Source: the human T2T-CHM13v2.0 reference genome, Homo sapiens
Assembly: GCF_009914755.1 (NCBI RefSeq)
Contig: NC_060933.1
DNA length: 64,000 bases
Strand: one strand, 5' to 3'
Made by a program: the position numbers and the translations under genes. The notes under the pieces are model-generated. The model searched no databases, had not been told where the DNA came from, and saw nothing but the letters and a program-made list of their open reading frames with translations. Below, piece by piece: positions 1 through 22,389 of the stretch (positions are counted from its first letter, which is position 1; each line of letters starts with the position of its first letter).

Positions 1-262
1 GCTCAATTATCTTTATTTTCTTTTTGGGATTCCAATTACAAATGTGTTAGACATGTATGTTGATATTATAATTACATATGTGATAGACTTATTATGATGA
101 TATTATCTAATAGTCTGGTAGAGTCAGATTGATAGACTCTGTTCCTTTTTTAAAAAACGTTTATCTTTTTCTTCATGTTATATAATTTCTATAGCACTAT
201 TTTCAAGTTTACTTACTCTTTCCTTGGTTACTTTCATTTTGCTCCTAAGTCCATCTGTTACA
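1..262 (-). mobile_element. Old L1M fragment
   Basis: T-rich sequence resembling the antisense L1M ORF1 region (gggattccaattaca..., ctattttcaagtttac). Confidence 0.5.
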
Positions 263-280
263 TTTTAAAATTTTAAAAAA

Positions 281-400
281 ATGTGTAGAGACGGGGTCTC
301 GCTGTGTTGCCCAGGCTGGTCTTGAACTCCCAGACTCAAGTGATCCTCCTGCCTCACCCTCCCAAAGTGTTGGGATTACAGGTGTGAGCCATTGTGCCTA
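281..400 (-). mobile_element. Alu left monomer (FLAM-like)
   Basis: gagacggggtctc...cccaaagtgttgggattacaggtgtgagcca. Confidence 0.9.
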
Positions 401-1171
401 GTGGTTTTCTTTGCTCTTAAGCCTGTGTTTTATATTCCTGGTTCGTCACACATCGGACCATTTTACACTGTCAGCTGGACATGAACATGGGAGGTCACTT
501 TGTGCAGCTTCCCTCCTTTAATCAGCCTGCTTGTGTTCCTCTTCTAGTGCCTTCAGGGAGCTCCTTACTATTCGTAGCAAGCCAGGATGTTACAGCTATT
601 GTCTGTCAGATAATCCATCTAGCAGGATCTTAGATTAGTCAGAATTGGAAACAGAACTCTGTGTGGGCTTTTAATTTGCTTTGGCCTGACAGCATCTCAC
701 CTCAAGGACAAGCCTTTCATTTCATGCCCCAAGACTTCTCCAGTGCTGCCATGTGGGATGCTAGGTGTTCGCACAGGTGCCCCCCAGAAGAGCCCAGGGA
801 GTTACAGCCTTCTGGGAGCAACCATGAAATACTGGGAGTCAACGGGAGTCAAGGGGAGTCAATGGATAAATACTTCTGATTGCTGTTAGTGTAGACTTTT
901 TTATTTTTTATTTTTTTAAGAGACAATATCTTGGTATGTTGCCCAGTCTGATCTCAAGCTCCTGAGCTCAAGCAATCCTTCCAAGTAGCTAGGACTGCAG
1001 GTGCACACTACCATACCTGACTAACAATTCTGAGAGGGGTTCTCAGAATTGTAGGATTAAGCCCCAATTATCCCAATGATGACTAACATAATAACATACT
1101 CTTTAACCAGCCTTTCCTCTTTCTTTGTTTTACATGCTTTTGTACCTCACTCTTTTATACATATACATATT

Positions 1172-1472
1172 ATAGAGATGGAGTTTTGTCCTGTTGCGCA
1201 GGCCAGAGTACAGTGGCTATTCATAGGCATGGTCAGAGCTCACTACAGCCTCGGACTCTTGGGTTCAAGCAATTCTCCCACCTTAGCCTGCCAAGTAGCT
1301 GGGACTACAGGTGTGGGCCACCATGCCCACCTAGTTTTTGTATTTTTTTTTTTCTGTAGAGTTGGAGTTTCCCCGCGTTGCTCAGGCTGGTCTTGAACTC
1401 CTGGACCCAAGTGATCAAGCTCCTAGACCTCCCAAAGTGCTGGGATTACAGGCATGAGCCACTGCACCTGGC
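1172..1472 (-). mobile_element. Alu (old, AluJ-like)
   Basis: Dimeric Alu consensus, diverged. Confidence 0.9.
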
Positions 1473-1636
1473 GTCTGCACTCAAGTTCTTGTCTCAGTCT
1501 CCATTTTTGGAGGAAACCCAGGCTAAGACTCAACTGTCAGTCATATTTTCTCTTTCTGGGACCTGGGGGCAATACTATGATTAAGGTTCTTGTTGGGAGG
1601 AGATAAAGTAGAAAAGCTAGGTTAGAATCCCCCCCC

Positions 1637-1931
<295 letters not shown>

Positions 1932-2469
1932 TAGGATCCCATTTTTAAAAGCCTTAAATGCCATCTAGGAAGTTTTGGATTCTATTCTGTAGAGAAGAAG
2001 AACTTCCCTACAGAGTATGACAGTATGAGACTGATGAGTATGAGTATGAGATTAACATGATCAAACTCTTTAAGGTCTTTTATTGTCCCAAGATTTGAGG
2101 ATGCTATGATTCTACTGACTTTCTTGAATTTCAGTTTCTGTCATTAATAAATTGGAAATAGTAGCACTTCCCTTTCTACTTCACACACTTGTAAAGACCA
2201 AATTAGATTATGCACATTCCACAAAGAGCTAAATAAATGTAGGGTGCTACTACCATTACTTTAATCTGAAGTATGTTATATGTTAGTTTGAGAACTGAGC
2301 ATTATAATACCTAATAAAATATCATATTTGCCTACTAGAATTTCCAGTTGTGGCAAAAAACCATTTTCAGCATACAGTTTCATGGACCAGGGAATCCAAG
2401 TGCAACATTCAGCAGAATCTATAAGATAATAATAAACAAACTCTATCTGTAAGGAACTGAAGATTCTAA

Positions 2470-2882
2470 ACTAACAAGGGGCTTAAATGATACAAGTAGG
2501 CCTTCGAAGATTGGTATGGAAGCTCTGTGTGTCTTAGGCTTCTTTCTGCTCTACCAATCTGAGAGTGTGTCTTCCATCTTCAAAGTCTCCCAAATGGCAC
2601 CTTCAGACATCATGTCAACTTCAAAGTAGGAGGAGGAAGAAAGTGGGAAAGGAAGAGGGTGAATCTTGAAGTTGAGTCAATATCCCCCCTCCCATAGAAC
2701 TTTCTGGAATTTTCATCAAATGATTTCTACTTATGTCTCCCTGGCCACCTTTTAAGCACAAAGAGCTCAGAAATATAGTCTTTTAGTTGGGCACAAGTCA
2801 TCCCCCAATGAAATCAGGGCTCCCTTAGTGAGAAAGAAGAAGAGAATAGGTATCTGGTAGACAATGAACTGTCTTGGCCATA
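2470..2882 (-). mobile_element. MaLR MLT1-type LTR fragment
   Basis: Resembles antisense MLT1 (gaaatatagtcttttagttgggcaca...gaaatcagggctcccttagtgagaaagaaga). Confidence 0.55.
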
Positions 2883-3409
2883 CATGGTGTCATGGAAAGA
2901 GCCCTAGATGAAATCCGGGATGTAAATTCTACTTTAGCCCTTACTTCTTGCTCATTGGGCATGTCACTTTCTGAGATTCAATTTCTGCATCTGTAAAATG
3001 GTGCTAAAAATTTATACTTTACAAAGTTTGCCCTTTACAGAACCATTTTGAGGATTCTGTGAGAGAATCTATATGATGTGCCTAGCACCATGCCTGGCAC
3101 AGTATAGATTCTCAATTTGTGGAATTTAAATCTAACAGAATTCTATGCCAGGTGCTAGGCTGCCTCAGAACTTGAACTTCGAGTGTGGGTCTGTCTTCTT
3201 TCTGGTGGCACCAGCCCCCGCCACCTTGCTGAGCACATAGCATGTGTTGAATAAACAGCTGTGGAAGGAATGAACTGATGAATGAATCTCCATTTACAGA
3301 GGAGGAAAAGGTGATTAGGAGAGGTAGGTTAATCCCGTGGGTGTTCCAACACTATGTTGGCAGAACTAGGACTCCAACTCAGGCCTCCAACACCACGGGA
3401 CATAAAGTC

Positions 3410-3640
3410 TTTTTTTTTTTTTTTTTTTTTTTTTTTGAGACAGGGTCTTGCTCTGTTGCCCAGGCTGGAGTGCAGTGGTGTAATCTTGGCTCACTGTAGC
3501 CCCAACCTCCTGGGCTTAGGCAGTCCTCTCACCTCAGTCTTCCAAGTAGCTGGGACTACAGGCATATGCCACCATGCTTGGCTAATTTTTGTGTTTTTTT
3601 TTTGTTGTTGTTGAGATGGGGTTTCCTCATATTGCCCAGG
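3410..3640 (-). mobile_element. Partial Alu with long poly(T)
   Basis: Alu right arm and part of left arm. Confidence 0.9.
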
Positions 3641-3669
3641 CAAGGGCATAATGTCTGCCCTCGAGGAAC

Positions 3670-4645
<976 letters not shown>

Positions 4646-4951
4646 TAATTCCCTCCTTCTCTGGGGATTTCTGAACTGGTTTCTGCAAGAGAGTGTCTCA
4701 TGGGCTTAGTTCATCTTTTCAAGTCAAGCCACCTTGCAGGTTGCCAGTGATCCTGTAGATTGGGTGACTTTGGGTCAGCAGTTTATCTCTGGGCCAATCA
4801 GCAGTAGCTGTGGGGTATAAGGAGTCGGGAAGAGGTTCGTGGCCCTAGGGTTTCCCCTTCAGCAGGGTGAGTGGTGGAGGAGGTGTTGCAAGGACTCTAG
4901 CATATTATAGGTGCTTTCAGAGCACCCAGGTGAAAGGAAAGGAAGTAATGA

Positions 4952-5314
<363 letters not shown>

Positions 5315-5879
5315 CCTATGTTCTTAATTAAGGAGAAAGCAGGCTTGATTTGGAATGAAGCGTTCAAGGAGGCGGAGGAAGGAGTGGGTATGTGCGGAAT
5401 GAAACCACGTGGGGCGGCCCTGCCCAGTTTAAAACGAACTTGAACTCCAGGTATTACAGAAGAAGGACCATGGGAAGGAAGGAGCAGAGAGATCAGAACC
5501 GACCACAGTGGAGAGGCGAGAGCCAGTCCGCAGCCAGATGTCACCAGACTTGCTTTAGTTAGGTATTGTTCTCTACTGCATACGGTGGGCTCTGCAGGGA
5601 GTTGCTGCTTGCCCGCGGGGCAGGTGCTCCCAGACCACGTGCCAGGGCTTAGTCACGGCAGCTTTTGTGCTCCGCCGCATTGAGTGTTTTCTTCCATCTC
5701 CCCGTGCCCACTTACAACAGTCACCGGGTCTTAAACGTCCCCACAGCCTCGTTTCCTCCTTGTTCTGTCTGAGGGAGGCATGATACATCCTCACACCCCC
5801 TCACAGTTCTGTTTTTGCATGGCTTGGATCTTCCCACGCCCCGTCTGAGGTGGGCCCAGAGGCGTTGTCTGCTATTTAG

Positions 5880-6398
<519 letters not shown>

Positions 6399-6968
6399 CC
6401 TCAGAACTCAAACTTCGAGTGTGGGTCTGTCTTGTTCTTTCTGGTGGCCCCAAGCCCTGCCACCTTGCTGAGCACATCGCACGTGTTGAATAAACAGCTG
6501 TGGAAGGAATGAACCAATGAATGGATCTCCATTTACAGAGGAGGAAAACGTGATTAGGAGAGGTTAAGTTAATTCTGTGGGTGTCACAAATATGTTGGCA
6601 GAACTAGGGCTCCAACTCAAGCCTCCACCTCCACACCCAGGCCTTGTTTAGCCCCTCTCTGCAGCTGCCTTGATTTGCCACCAACCTCTGACAGGAGGAA
6701 ATGGTTCTCACCTGTCACCACAGCAAGCTCCTGCTGGCTGATTGGAAAACCACTTTACAAAATGACTTATAATTTCCCCTGTCCCCCAAGGTAAAAGGGA
6801 TAGAAAACGTGTAAAATGCAGAAAATTAGAAAAGGAAAAGTCATTCATTCCTCCAACACTCAAACCAGCTCAGTTAACATTTTGGTATGTTTCTTCACAA
6901 TCACTTTGCAATACTGAGGCTTTTCCCACAAGTTTGTGTCATTTGCTTTTGAAAAATTGATTTTCTAG

Positions 6969-7665
<697 letters not shown>

Positions 7666-7745
7666 TAGATATCAGCATAGTCCAGAATTCATGGATATTT
7701 TTTCCATATCATGTGCTACACATAATATGGAAGAAGTAAAGGCCA

Positions 7746-8598
<853 letters not shown>

Positions 8599-8854
8599 CT
8601 AGGCCATGTGCAGATATGGGGTCTGAGTGCATATCTGTGTGGTATGAGAATTCCAAGTGGAGAAAATAACGGAAAGGCTTGTCCAGAACTAGTAAATCTG
8701 GGGGACTTAAGAGTCTATGAAATCACGGACTCTCAGAAATCTGATGAAGATGAGCTTGAAATGTACTTACAAACCCACAAGGAAATAAGCCACACATAGT
8801 CAGCAGCTGCAACAAACAGTAGACTTTGCACCCTACAAACCAAAGATAATATGA

Positions 8855-9676
<822 letters not shown>

Positions 9677-10574
9677 ATTTAAGAGATAAGGGAACAGGTG
9701 CCTTCAGCCTTAAGGCAAGAGCAGAGCAGTATGAGAAAAGAATAGGCAGGTTTGAAAAACATCTACATAGAAATTTTAGGGAAGAAATAATACAGTGATT
9801 AAAATAAAGGGAACTTGTGGATTCAGAGAAGTGAGAAAAAAATGGGCATGGCTTTTTAGGGGATATTTCTGTGAATGATAACTTTTCCTGTGAACCAGGC
9901 ACTGATTCAGGCATTTCAAATATGTATTAACTTGTTTCATCTTCATGAGCTAATGAAGTGGGTGACAATGCTCCTTACTAGGGAGGCAGGGAACATTCTA
10001 ATGCACCTGTGGAGTGGCCATCCCCAGGACAGTCAAGGAATAATAATAAAATGTATATATTATTATGTATAAAATAAAACACTGAAAATGGATTATCTCA
10101 TTTAATCCTTGTTTAATAATTTCATTAATCCTCATAACAAACCCTCAAGGAAGGTGTCTTTAACTCCTCCATTTTGCGGATGAGGAAAGTTCCTTAATGT
10201 TTACACAATCACCAAGCAGTTCAGTTGGGATTTAAATAAGGGCAAGTTGAATTCACGGTCCAAGCTCTTAACGATGATGTTAAGGAAGCAGTGATTATTC
10301 ATTTTGACTTGAATTTCATGCATTGCATATTACCAAATAGGTAATACAGTCACTGATTCAAGAGGTTCCAAAGGGCATATAGTAAGCCATCTCACTTCTG
10401 CCACTGTCTTTGCCTCTAGACGCAACCTGTGTTCCCAGTTTCTTGTGTAACCTTCCAGTTATGTTATGCCTACAGACGCAAGTGTCCATATACATCTGTC
10501 TACATAGATGGATATTCTTTTCTCCCTTTTTACATAATTGAAAGCTTCCATATACCTTGTTCTGTGTCTGCTGT

Positions 10575-11930
<1,356 letters not shown>

Positions 11931-12672
11931 TTAATATAGAATGATAAAGTAATAAAAAGTGTCTCGTTCTTGTCTATGACTGCAGAATATTCCAGTGTAC
12001 GTCTAAATCATGTTATTGAAGTAGACCTCTCTGAGGGGCATTTGTGTTGTTTCCAACCTTCTGCCATTACAGTGCTGCAGTGAATAACTGGATGTGTGGT
12101 CTACTTCACACAGGTGAGGACTATATGTTCCTGATGGTTGAATTGCTGGGTCAAAGTAATGTGCATTTGTGATGTTTAAAAGAATTTTTTTCTTCTTATA
12201 AAAAAACACATGGTAATAGTGGAAAAACCCTAAGATCCCCTGTAATTCATAGACCTAGAGACACTCATTGTGAATATATTGGTGTAGTCTGAGCCTTTTT
12301 TTTGTATACACGTACACATACACATCTTGGACATCACACTGTTTACCTAGTTTTTAAAAATCCAGTCTTTTACCCTGAATAATATGCCATAGCCACTTTT
12401 CATGTTATTTTAATATTATTTACAAGTGGCATTTTCATGATTGCATAATATTCCATATGACCATACCATAATTTTTACCCACATCTTAAATATTAGATAC
12501 TTAAGTTTCTAATATTGCTGTGTGTTAGACACCTCAGCAATGAATATTGCTTTACAGAAATCATCGTCCCAATTTCTGTTTTATTTCCTGGTCATTTTGT
12601 ATTCTAGTCATTAGAATCAGTGACTGGAAGTTTTTTGTAGTCCTGTTTTATTCTAGTCTTTAGAACCAATGA

Positions 12673-13001
<329 letters not shown>

Positions 13002-13833
13002 GGAAGTTCTTAATATGTTCTATTAAATTGCCCCCCTAGAAAGTTTCTCCAATCTTTCATCTCACCACTTCCTTACCAACATTGAGTCTTGTAGGAAATT
13101 CAGCAAAAGGTGCCATCTATTGCTGTCTTCTTCTGATTATATATGTAATGCTTGTTTATTATTAAAAAATTAGAAAAGAGCAAAACTTAAAAAAACAAAT
13201 CTCACCCATAAGCTCATGATCTTGGTCTAATTACTATTAAAACGTTGTTGATTTTCCAGGATTTTCTATATTTAAATATTTTTCACAAAATGATCACTAC
13301 ATATGCTTCAAAAACATGACTTTTAGTTTTTGCCAAGTTTAAACTAAAAAAAACACACACATTTTTTATTTTGTCATATTTGTTCCAAATACTTTTCTCA
13401 GTTTCTTGACTGCTTTTTTATTCTGTTTCTGGTGTTCTGAATTTTTGTATGGTCAGATCTAGAAATCTTTTTATTTTTTCTCCCCCATGGCTCTTAAATA
13501 CTTCTTGCCATGAGGATGGGGCATTAAATCATGTAAAAAAGGAAGATTGGTAGTGTAAGGGAAAGAGTACTAGCCTATATTCATTCAAAAAGCATGTATT
13601 AATGTCTACTTAACACTGTGTGTGTGTCTGTGTAGGGACACAGAGATGGACAGTGTATGATTCTCTCCAGGAAACAGGGCTCCAGTTGAGAAAGGAGCAG
13701 ACAAGGAAGGCTTCCTGGAGGAGAGGGCATTTGAGCTGGACCTGGGCAACTGGGAAGGCATGGGGCATGTGGGTATGAGGAAAGGAGAAGACAGAGCTGA
13801 GGGAATTGCTGAGGACAGAAGTTGTCATATTCC

Positions 13834-13965
13834 TGGCCGGACACAGTGGCTCAGTGCCTATAATCCCAGCAATTTGGGAGGCCAAGGCAGGAGGATCACT
13901 TAAGCCCAGGAGTTCAAGACCAGCCTGGGCAACAGAGTGAGACCCCCGTCTCTATTTTTAAAAAA
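13834..13965 (+). mobile_element. Alu left monomer (FLAM)
   Basis: ggccggacacagtggctca...gagacccccgtctcta; ttgtca(t/c)attcct flanks. Confidence 0.88.
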
Positions 13966-14519
13966 CACAATAAAATAAGTTATTGTCACATTCCTGTCAG
14001 AGGGAGCAAGAAGGCACTGTGTGTGCACTGGGCAAAAAAAACTTAAAGTGATTGGCTTGTGGAAAGAGAGTTGTGTTCAAACAAGTCATCTTCACATGAA
14101 GGTTTGGAATTCCAAATTGACTTTGTCCACACCATATGTGCAATATTAACTAGAATACCTTGGGGATGGTGACATCGTAAACCAAAGTGGAAATAGAATG
14201 ATGGGTTTCCTCTCCTTCTTGAAGGCTGCTCCTTGAAGTAATACAGTTTGGTTTTTGTTTTGTCTTTTCTTCTTTCTTATCCTCAATTTCTATGGAGTAA
14301 TACAGTTGTAATTCAAATAACATGAGGCAGGGACTAGGTAACTCTTGCAACTTTGAAGGCGGCCTCTGGACACTCTTCAGGGGCTTGTGGAAGAAGCCAG
14401 TTTGTCAAGTGTTTGGGTCAGTGATGGGCTGATTTTAGGGCCAGCCAAAATATCAGGGCCTTTTAGAGCTTAGTCTACCCCGATGGACCCCTCCTTTCTC
14501 TGGGGAGCTGTTCCTTTCT

Positions 14520-14902
14520 GCTGCTCTTGAGTTCTGTTGGGGTGGTCAACACTAATTGGCCTTCGGGGTGAGCAAATACCCTGAGGTGGGCCAATCAGAC
14601 AGCTCTGCTAAGCAGGGCTGAATTGGAATGGAGGGAATGTTCTCTTTCCTTTTTGGCTTTGGAGCTGTGAGGAAGAGCCACCTACCAGGCTATTTGAAGA
14701 CATCCAAGATAATGAAGTCTGAGAGAAACAGAATTAAAAGGAGCCAAGAATCCAACTCTTCCATCAAGCCACCCTACTTCCTGAAACCTTCCCTCCATTC
14801 TGGCACCTCCCTCGTGTCTTGCCCAGGAGTCACCCTTTTTGGCTTAAGCTAGTCTGAGTTGGGTTATTGTCACTTGCAATCAAAAGAATCCTGTCTGACA
14901 CA
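14520..14902 (+). mobile_element. MaLR MLT1-type LTR fragment
   Basis: gggccaatcaga...ttttggcttaagctagtctgagttggg...gtcacttgcaatcaaaaga. Confidence 0.6.
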
Positions 14903-15119
14903 AGGAGGAGTGAAAGGCTCTGACTCTTACATCTAATTTCACTGCCAAGGTTAATGTTTCTTCCTTCTTCCATATATATGTATCTGTAGCAATGTTCTAG
15001 CCTTTAAAAAATTTACAAATGACACATGTTCATTACAGAAACAGACTATACCAGTTAGCAAAAAGAAGAAAAAGAAATTCACCTATAACCCTATAAGTAG
15101 AGATAACCATTCTTTATTT

Positions 15120-16110
<991 letters not shown>

Positions 16111-16527
16111 GAACCATTCTTAACACGTTGGTGGTTCTCCACTTTTGCTATTATCTGTCTATCTATCTATCATGTCAATCTATGCACTATCTTTGATTTA
16201 TTTGTCACTGATCTATTATCATCTATTTATCTAAAACAGTAATAGATAACAGAGCACTTATGCACCACGAATGGTCTAATTTGCCACATAACAACTCAAT
16301 TTTCATGCCAACCCTATGAGATAGGTGACATTATTATCCTCAGTCTATAGATGAGAAAACTGAAACTCCGAAGGGTTAAAGAAAACAGGCCAGAGAGTTT
16401 AGGTAGCTTACCAGGACATACAACTGGTAAATGGTGAGAAGCTGGAACTTGAATCTAGATTGTTTGGCTCCATAATATCTATTCTTAGCCCCCACACTAT
16501 ACTGACTTTAGCTAAAGTTCGAATCCA

Positions 16528-17176
<649 letters not shown>

Positions 17177-17549
17177 ATCATGGCTACTTTCTGTGTATAG
17201 ACACCTACAGTTCCCAAATCCACTTTCAGAGTTGCGTGGTGTCTCATAACAAAGATACCTCAATGTTTACTGAACCACATTCAGACTAATGAGCACTGAG
17301 ATTGTTTCAAAATTTTCACTATTATAAAGATAACTTGCTGTAAAAATCATATTAAAAACTGTCTTTATATCATAAAACAAATCCCTTAAGTTATTCTCTT
17401 AGGTCAAATTCCCAGAGGTGAAATTACTGGGTTAGTGGTTTCCCATATGTTATGGGGCTTTGATGTCTGCAAACAAACTGCCACTCAGAACAACTTAAGC
17501 TCTTCCTCCTGGGGCTGATGAGGCTGTTTTTAATTTTTTTCCTTCTATT

Positions 17550-18335
<786 letters not shown>

Positions 18336-18749
18336 TTTCAGTTTTTGATGGTATGAAGAAAAGGGAGAGGAGAGCTTTCCTGAAATGAATGAGGTAGATT
18401 TGAAAAGATGAAGATTAAAAAAAAAATTGTCAGAGAGGATTTGCCTGAGGCCAATTTACTTAAATAGGAAAACAGAAAAGTAAAAGAGGTTTGCAGGGAG
18501 GTGTCTAGAAGGAAAATATCAGCTCTTTGGCCCCTTGCGCTCTTGCGCTTTCAGACAATTCTATACAAGGCAAAAATAGAATTCCTACAAACTCTTTGTA
18601 ATTGAGGACAATCTGGATTTGGTGCAAGAAATGGACCACGGTAGGGGCTGTAACTTTAATCATTATTTTAGAAAGTATATTTCTAGGCTTTTCTCAGTTG
18701 TTGGTTTCAAGTGACTGAGTTTTGATGGAGGTTTATAAATAGCATCTCT

Positions 18750-19920
18750 TTTGTTTAGAAACTGGACTTACTGGCCTTGATCACAATCAAGCACGTTCTC
18801 CCTCACACACCTTCCCTGTTTGCCGGGTAGGTCTCTTACTGCAACCAAAACCCTACCCCTGACCTCAGTGAAATCTCAGTTTCTCAGTGGAGCCCCAGAG
18901 GCCTAGGGCAGAGTGACTCACACTCTGGACAGAGTCCAGACAGCACCTGCCTGGTGGGCAATGCCCTCTCACACCAGGGAGTTCTATTGTATTTTTTCTT
19001 TTGCTGTGTTATGTATAATTTAAAATATCTAATTTTACTTCTCTCCTCCTTTTTCTTTTATTGTGTTATAGGGAATGCTGATAGTTATCACACACAATTT
19101 AGCTCATAGAGTACAGGAAAATGAGATAGGCTCATGACCAAATAGAAAAAAAATTGAGATCTGGGATTTGCCCCTAGTTGAAGTTGAGGAGTGTTCTGTT
19201 TGGCCGCTTTTGCGGAAGGGTGAGCATTTTCACTTACATGAGGGATGGTCATTATTTGCCAGGTGCTGTTATATTTTACAAGTATGAGGAGAATATTGAG
19301 AGTGAAAGGGGTGGACTATAGCGGACATTTGTTTTGATCATCCAGCTTCTCATTTGGAGACATCTCCACCGTGTAAGGCAGAAATCAATTCCCACATCTC
19401 AAATTACAGAGGCGGAAAATGCCAAATTCTTGCATTTTCAGCCTCCCTTGCAGCTAGGCATGGGCACATGAGCTAGGCTCTGCCAGAGATCATCTCTATT
19501 TTTTTTTATTAAACAGAGATGAGGACTTGCTATGTTGCCCAGACTGGTCTTGAATTCCTGGCCTTAAGTGATTCTCCTGCCTCAGTCTCCCACCTCCCTC
19601 CCAAAGGGATTACAGGGCATGAGCCACTGCATCCAGCCTGCCCCCAACTCTTAATCAGAATTCAGAGAAGCCAAGAAGCATGAACAATGTAGATTAGTTA
19701 CAGTGAGGGTGGTAGTTGCAGGGCCCCATCTAGTCAGGGTCCAGGGTAGGGTGGGCCTCAGTGGTGTCAACAGTTCACGCCGTGCTCTGTGCTTAGGGGC
19801 CGTGGTAGGGGGGTTCTCAGGGACCAGGTCTGAGATGGGATTTTGACATTGTTACTGGCCACACCAGTTTATTTTTTATTTTCATTTTTGTTCTTTTGCC
19901 ACACCACTTTAGAAGCACCA
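18750..19920 (+). mobile_element. MaLR internal 3' segment with polypurine tract and MLT1-type LTR (LTR starts ~19317), with an Alu monomer at 19498-19640
   Basis: PPT aaaggggtggac followed by LTR with gcctcccttgcagctaggcatgggcacatga. Confidence 0.55.
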
Positions 19921-20694
19921 CCATTTCTCCCTGGGGTATGAAGCTGGGAGAGGGGAGGGGAGAGAGAATTCCTCCCTTTACTCACAATTGTCTACTTGGC
20001 ATTAAATGAAAAGATGCAAGTTAAAGCCTCCAAGGCATGAGGCTTATTTGCAACAAGTATTCCATCAGAATCTTGGGCTGACTGTTGGGTGGTAAAAGGG
20101 GCAGTATGAAGGTCAACAGATGGGAAGGGGATGGAGTTCCAGCTGGAGCAGGTTTCAGGTTAGGCCAGAAAGCCATCAGTTGTGATGCGATACCTGCGGA
20201 GCTCCAGGGCAGTGCAGAATTTGGCACAGTGGTTCTTGTGGTCTATGTGAGGAAGCATGGTCAGTACTGCTACCTTGCATAGCTCCGGGGGGCCTCCTTT
20301 ACATTGCCGTCTATGGAGGAACAGAGATGGTAAAAACATAAGGTTGTCCATGGAGCCACCTGGCTGAGTGATGGGCTGCATGACTCAGAAACTGGGTTGG
20401 GGTGGTGGCTGGAAGATGGCGTGTTTCCCCACACCCCTGAGAGGAAGGAAGAGGGTTGCTTATCCATGTTGGAGAGGGCCAGGGTAAAGCTGAACCCTAC
20501 TAAAGGAAAGCACACAATGCCTGCGCCAAGACCACCACGCAGCAGAGGACCACACAGGACGAGGCTGGGGACCCCACATGAGCAGTCCTCCCCTCCTCAC
20601 CTGTCTTGTTGTGGGGCTCTGGGGGACAACAAGGCCTCTGAGAGAGAGGACTTGGACTTCTGTTTAGAATTATGATAAAATATGACTTCGACTA

Positions 20695-21052
20695 CACTAT
20701 GCACTGAATTATGTCAGCTCCCAAATTCATATGCTGAAGCCCTGACCCCCATGGGGTGGTATTTGGAGAAGCCTTTGGAGGTAGGTTAGGTGAGGCCAGG
20801 AGGATGGGGCTCTCATGATGGAATTAGTGTCCTTACAAAGACAGGAAGAGATGCAGGCTCCCTGTTGTCACCATTTGAGGACACAGCAGGAAGATGGCCA
20901 TTTGCCTTCTAGGAAGAGAGTCCTGGCCAGGAAACAAATTTGCTGGCATCTTGACTTTGGACTCCCTGCCTCCAGAACTGTGGGAAATAAATATCTATTG
21001 CTTAAGCCACCTAGTTTATGGTTTTGTTATAGAAGCCTGAGCAGATTAAGAC
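20695..21052 (+). mobile_element. MaLR MLT1A/B-type solo LTR
   Basis: ccaaattcatatgctgaagccc...gcctccagaactgtgggaaataaat...ttaagaca. Confidence 0.8.
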
Positions 21053-21119
21053 AACTGCATGCTTATTCCCAGAGAGGCAATTTTAATAACTGGATTTGAT
21101 TACAGAATCATTTGAATAG

Positions 21120-21262
21120 GGCCAAGTGCAATGGTTCACGCCTGTAATTCCAGCACTTTGGGAGGTCGAGGCAGGAGGATTGCTTGAAGCCAGGAGTTGG
21201 AGACCAGCCTGGACAACAAAGCACAATTCCATCTCTCTCTTTTTTTTTTTTTAATAAAAAAA
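21120..21262 (+). mobile_element. Alu left monomer with TSD aatcatttgaat
   Basis: FLAM-like; TSD visible on both sides. Confidence 0.85.
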
Positions 21263-21970
21263 GAAATCATTTGAATGGATTAAAATGTAAATAGGAATGG
21301 CACAAAAGAAAAGGCATTTACCGTGGCTGATTGAAGTGCTCAGGACTCAGAAATGTCTGCATCATTTTGAGAATAAAGGTTTGTGTTCAGACATAGCTGC
21401 CTGAGACTCTTCAGACTGGTTACACATGTCCCCAGTGTTAGAGGCCCAAAGAACAATCTCACCATTGTCCCATTTCTAATTCTTGTTGGTAGCACCAACA
21501 TCCACACAGTTGCCCAACTTATGAAATGGCCTCATCCCCTGTTTCTCCCTCTGCACACCTGCCAGGTCTCAACTCATTACTTTTCTTTTTAATCATGTCT
21601 GGGTTGTGATCACTTCACCTCCATCCTCACTGCCACCATCTCTCCTGAGAACTCTGCTGCTGCATCCCAACAAGTCTTACCTGGTTCTTCCTCTGGTTTG
21701 GGTAATCATGTTGAAAGTCCTGGGGCAGCCTCAAGGAAAATTCCGGAGACTTCCTGGATCCTAAAAGGAATCCAGAGGCTTAGAGACTAACCACCAAAGG
21801 TTACAAGGGCAGTCACAGATGAGGACTGGCCTGTATAATTAGGGGGTAGGGTTCTGGGATTTCTAGAAGTTTGTTATCTGTCCATTCTTACTCAAGCGGT
21901 TCACGTACATAATGGATGGGTGCTGATCCTGTCAAAAGCTATCAGTGCTATACTTCAAGACGGTGGGTCA

Positions 21971-22333
<363 letters not shown>

Positions 22334-22389
22334 TTAACTCCTCATGAATCAGCCCTTTAGTAGATCTGAAGTCAAAGAATATGCAGGGG

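Noticed and set aside
834-863. GGGAGTCAAN x3 tandem repeat; similar short arrays at 43572-43621
   Set aside because: Simple slippage repeats with no spacers; not CRISPR-like and no evident function
18924-18940. Short hairpin TCTGGAC-aga-GTCCAGA
   Set aside because: 7-bp arms are expected by chance in 64 kb, and it lies within MaLR internal sequence
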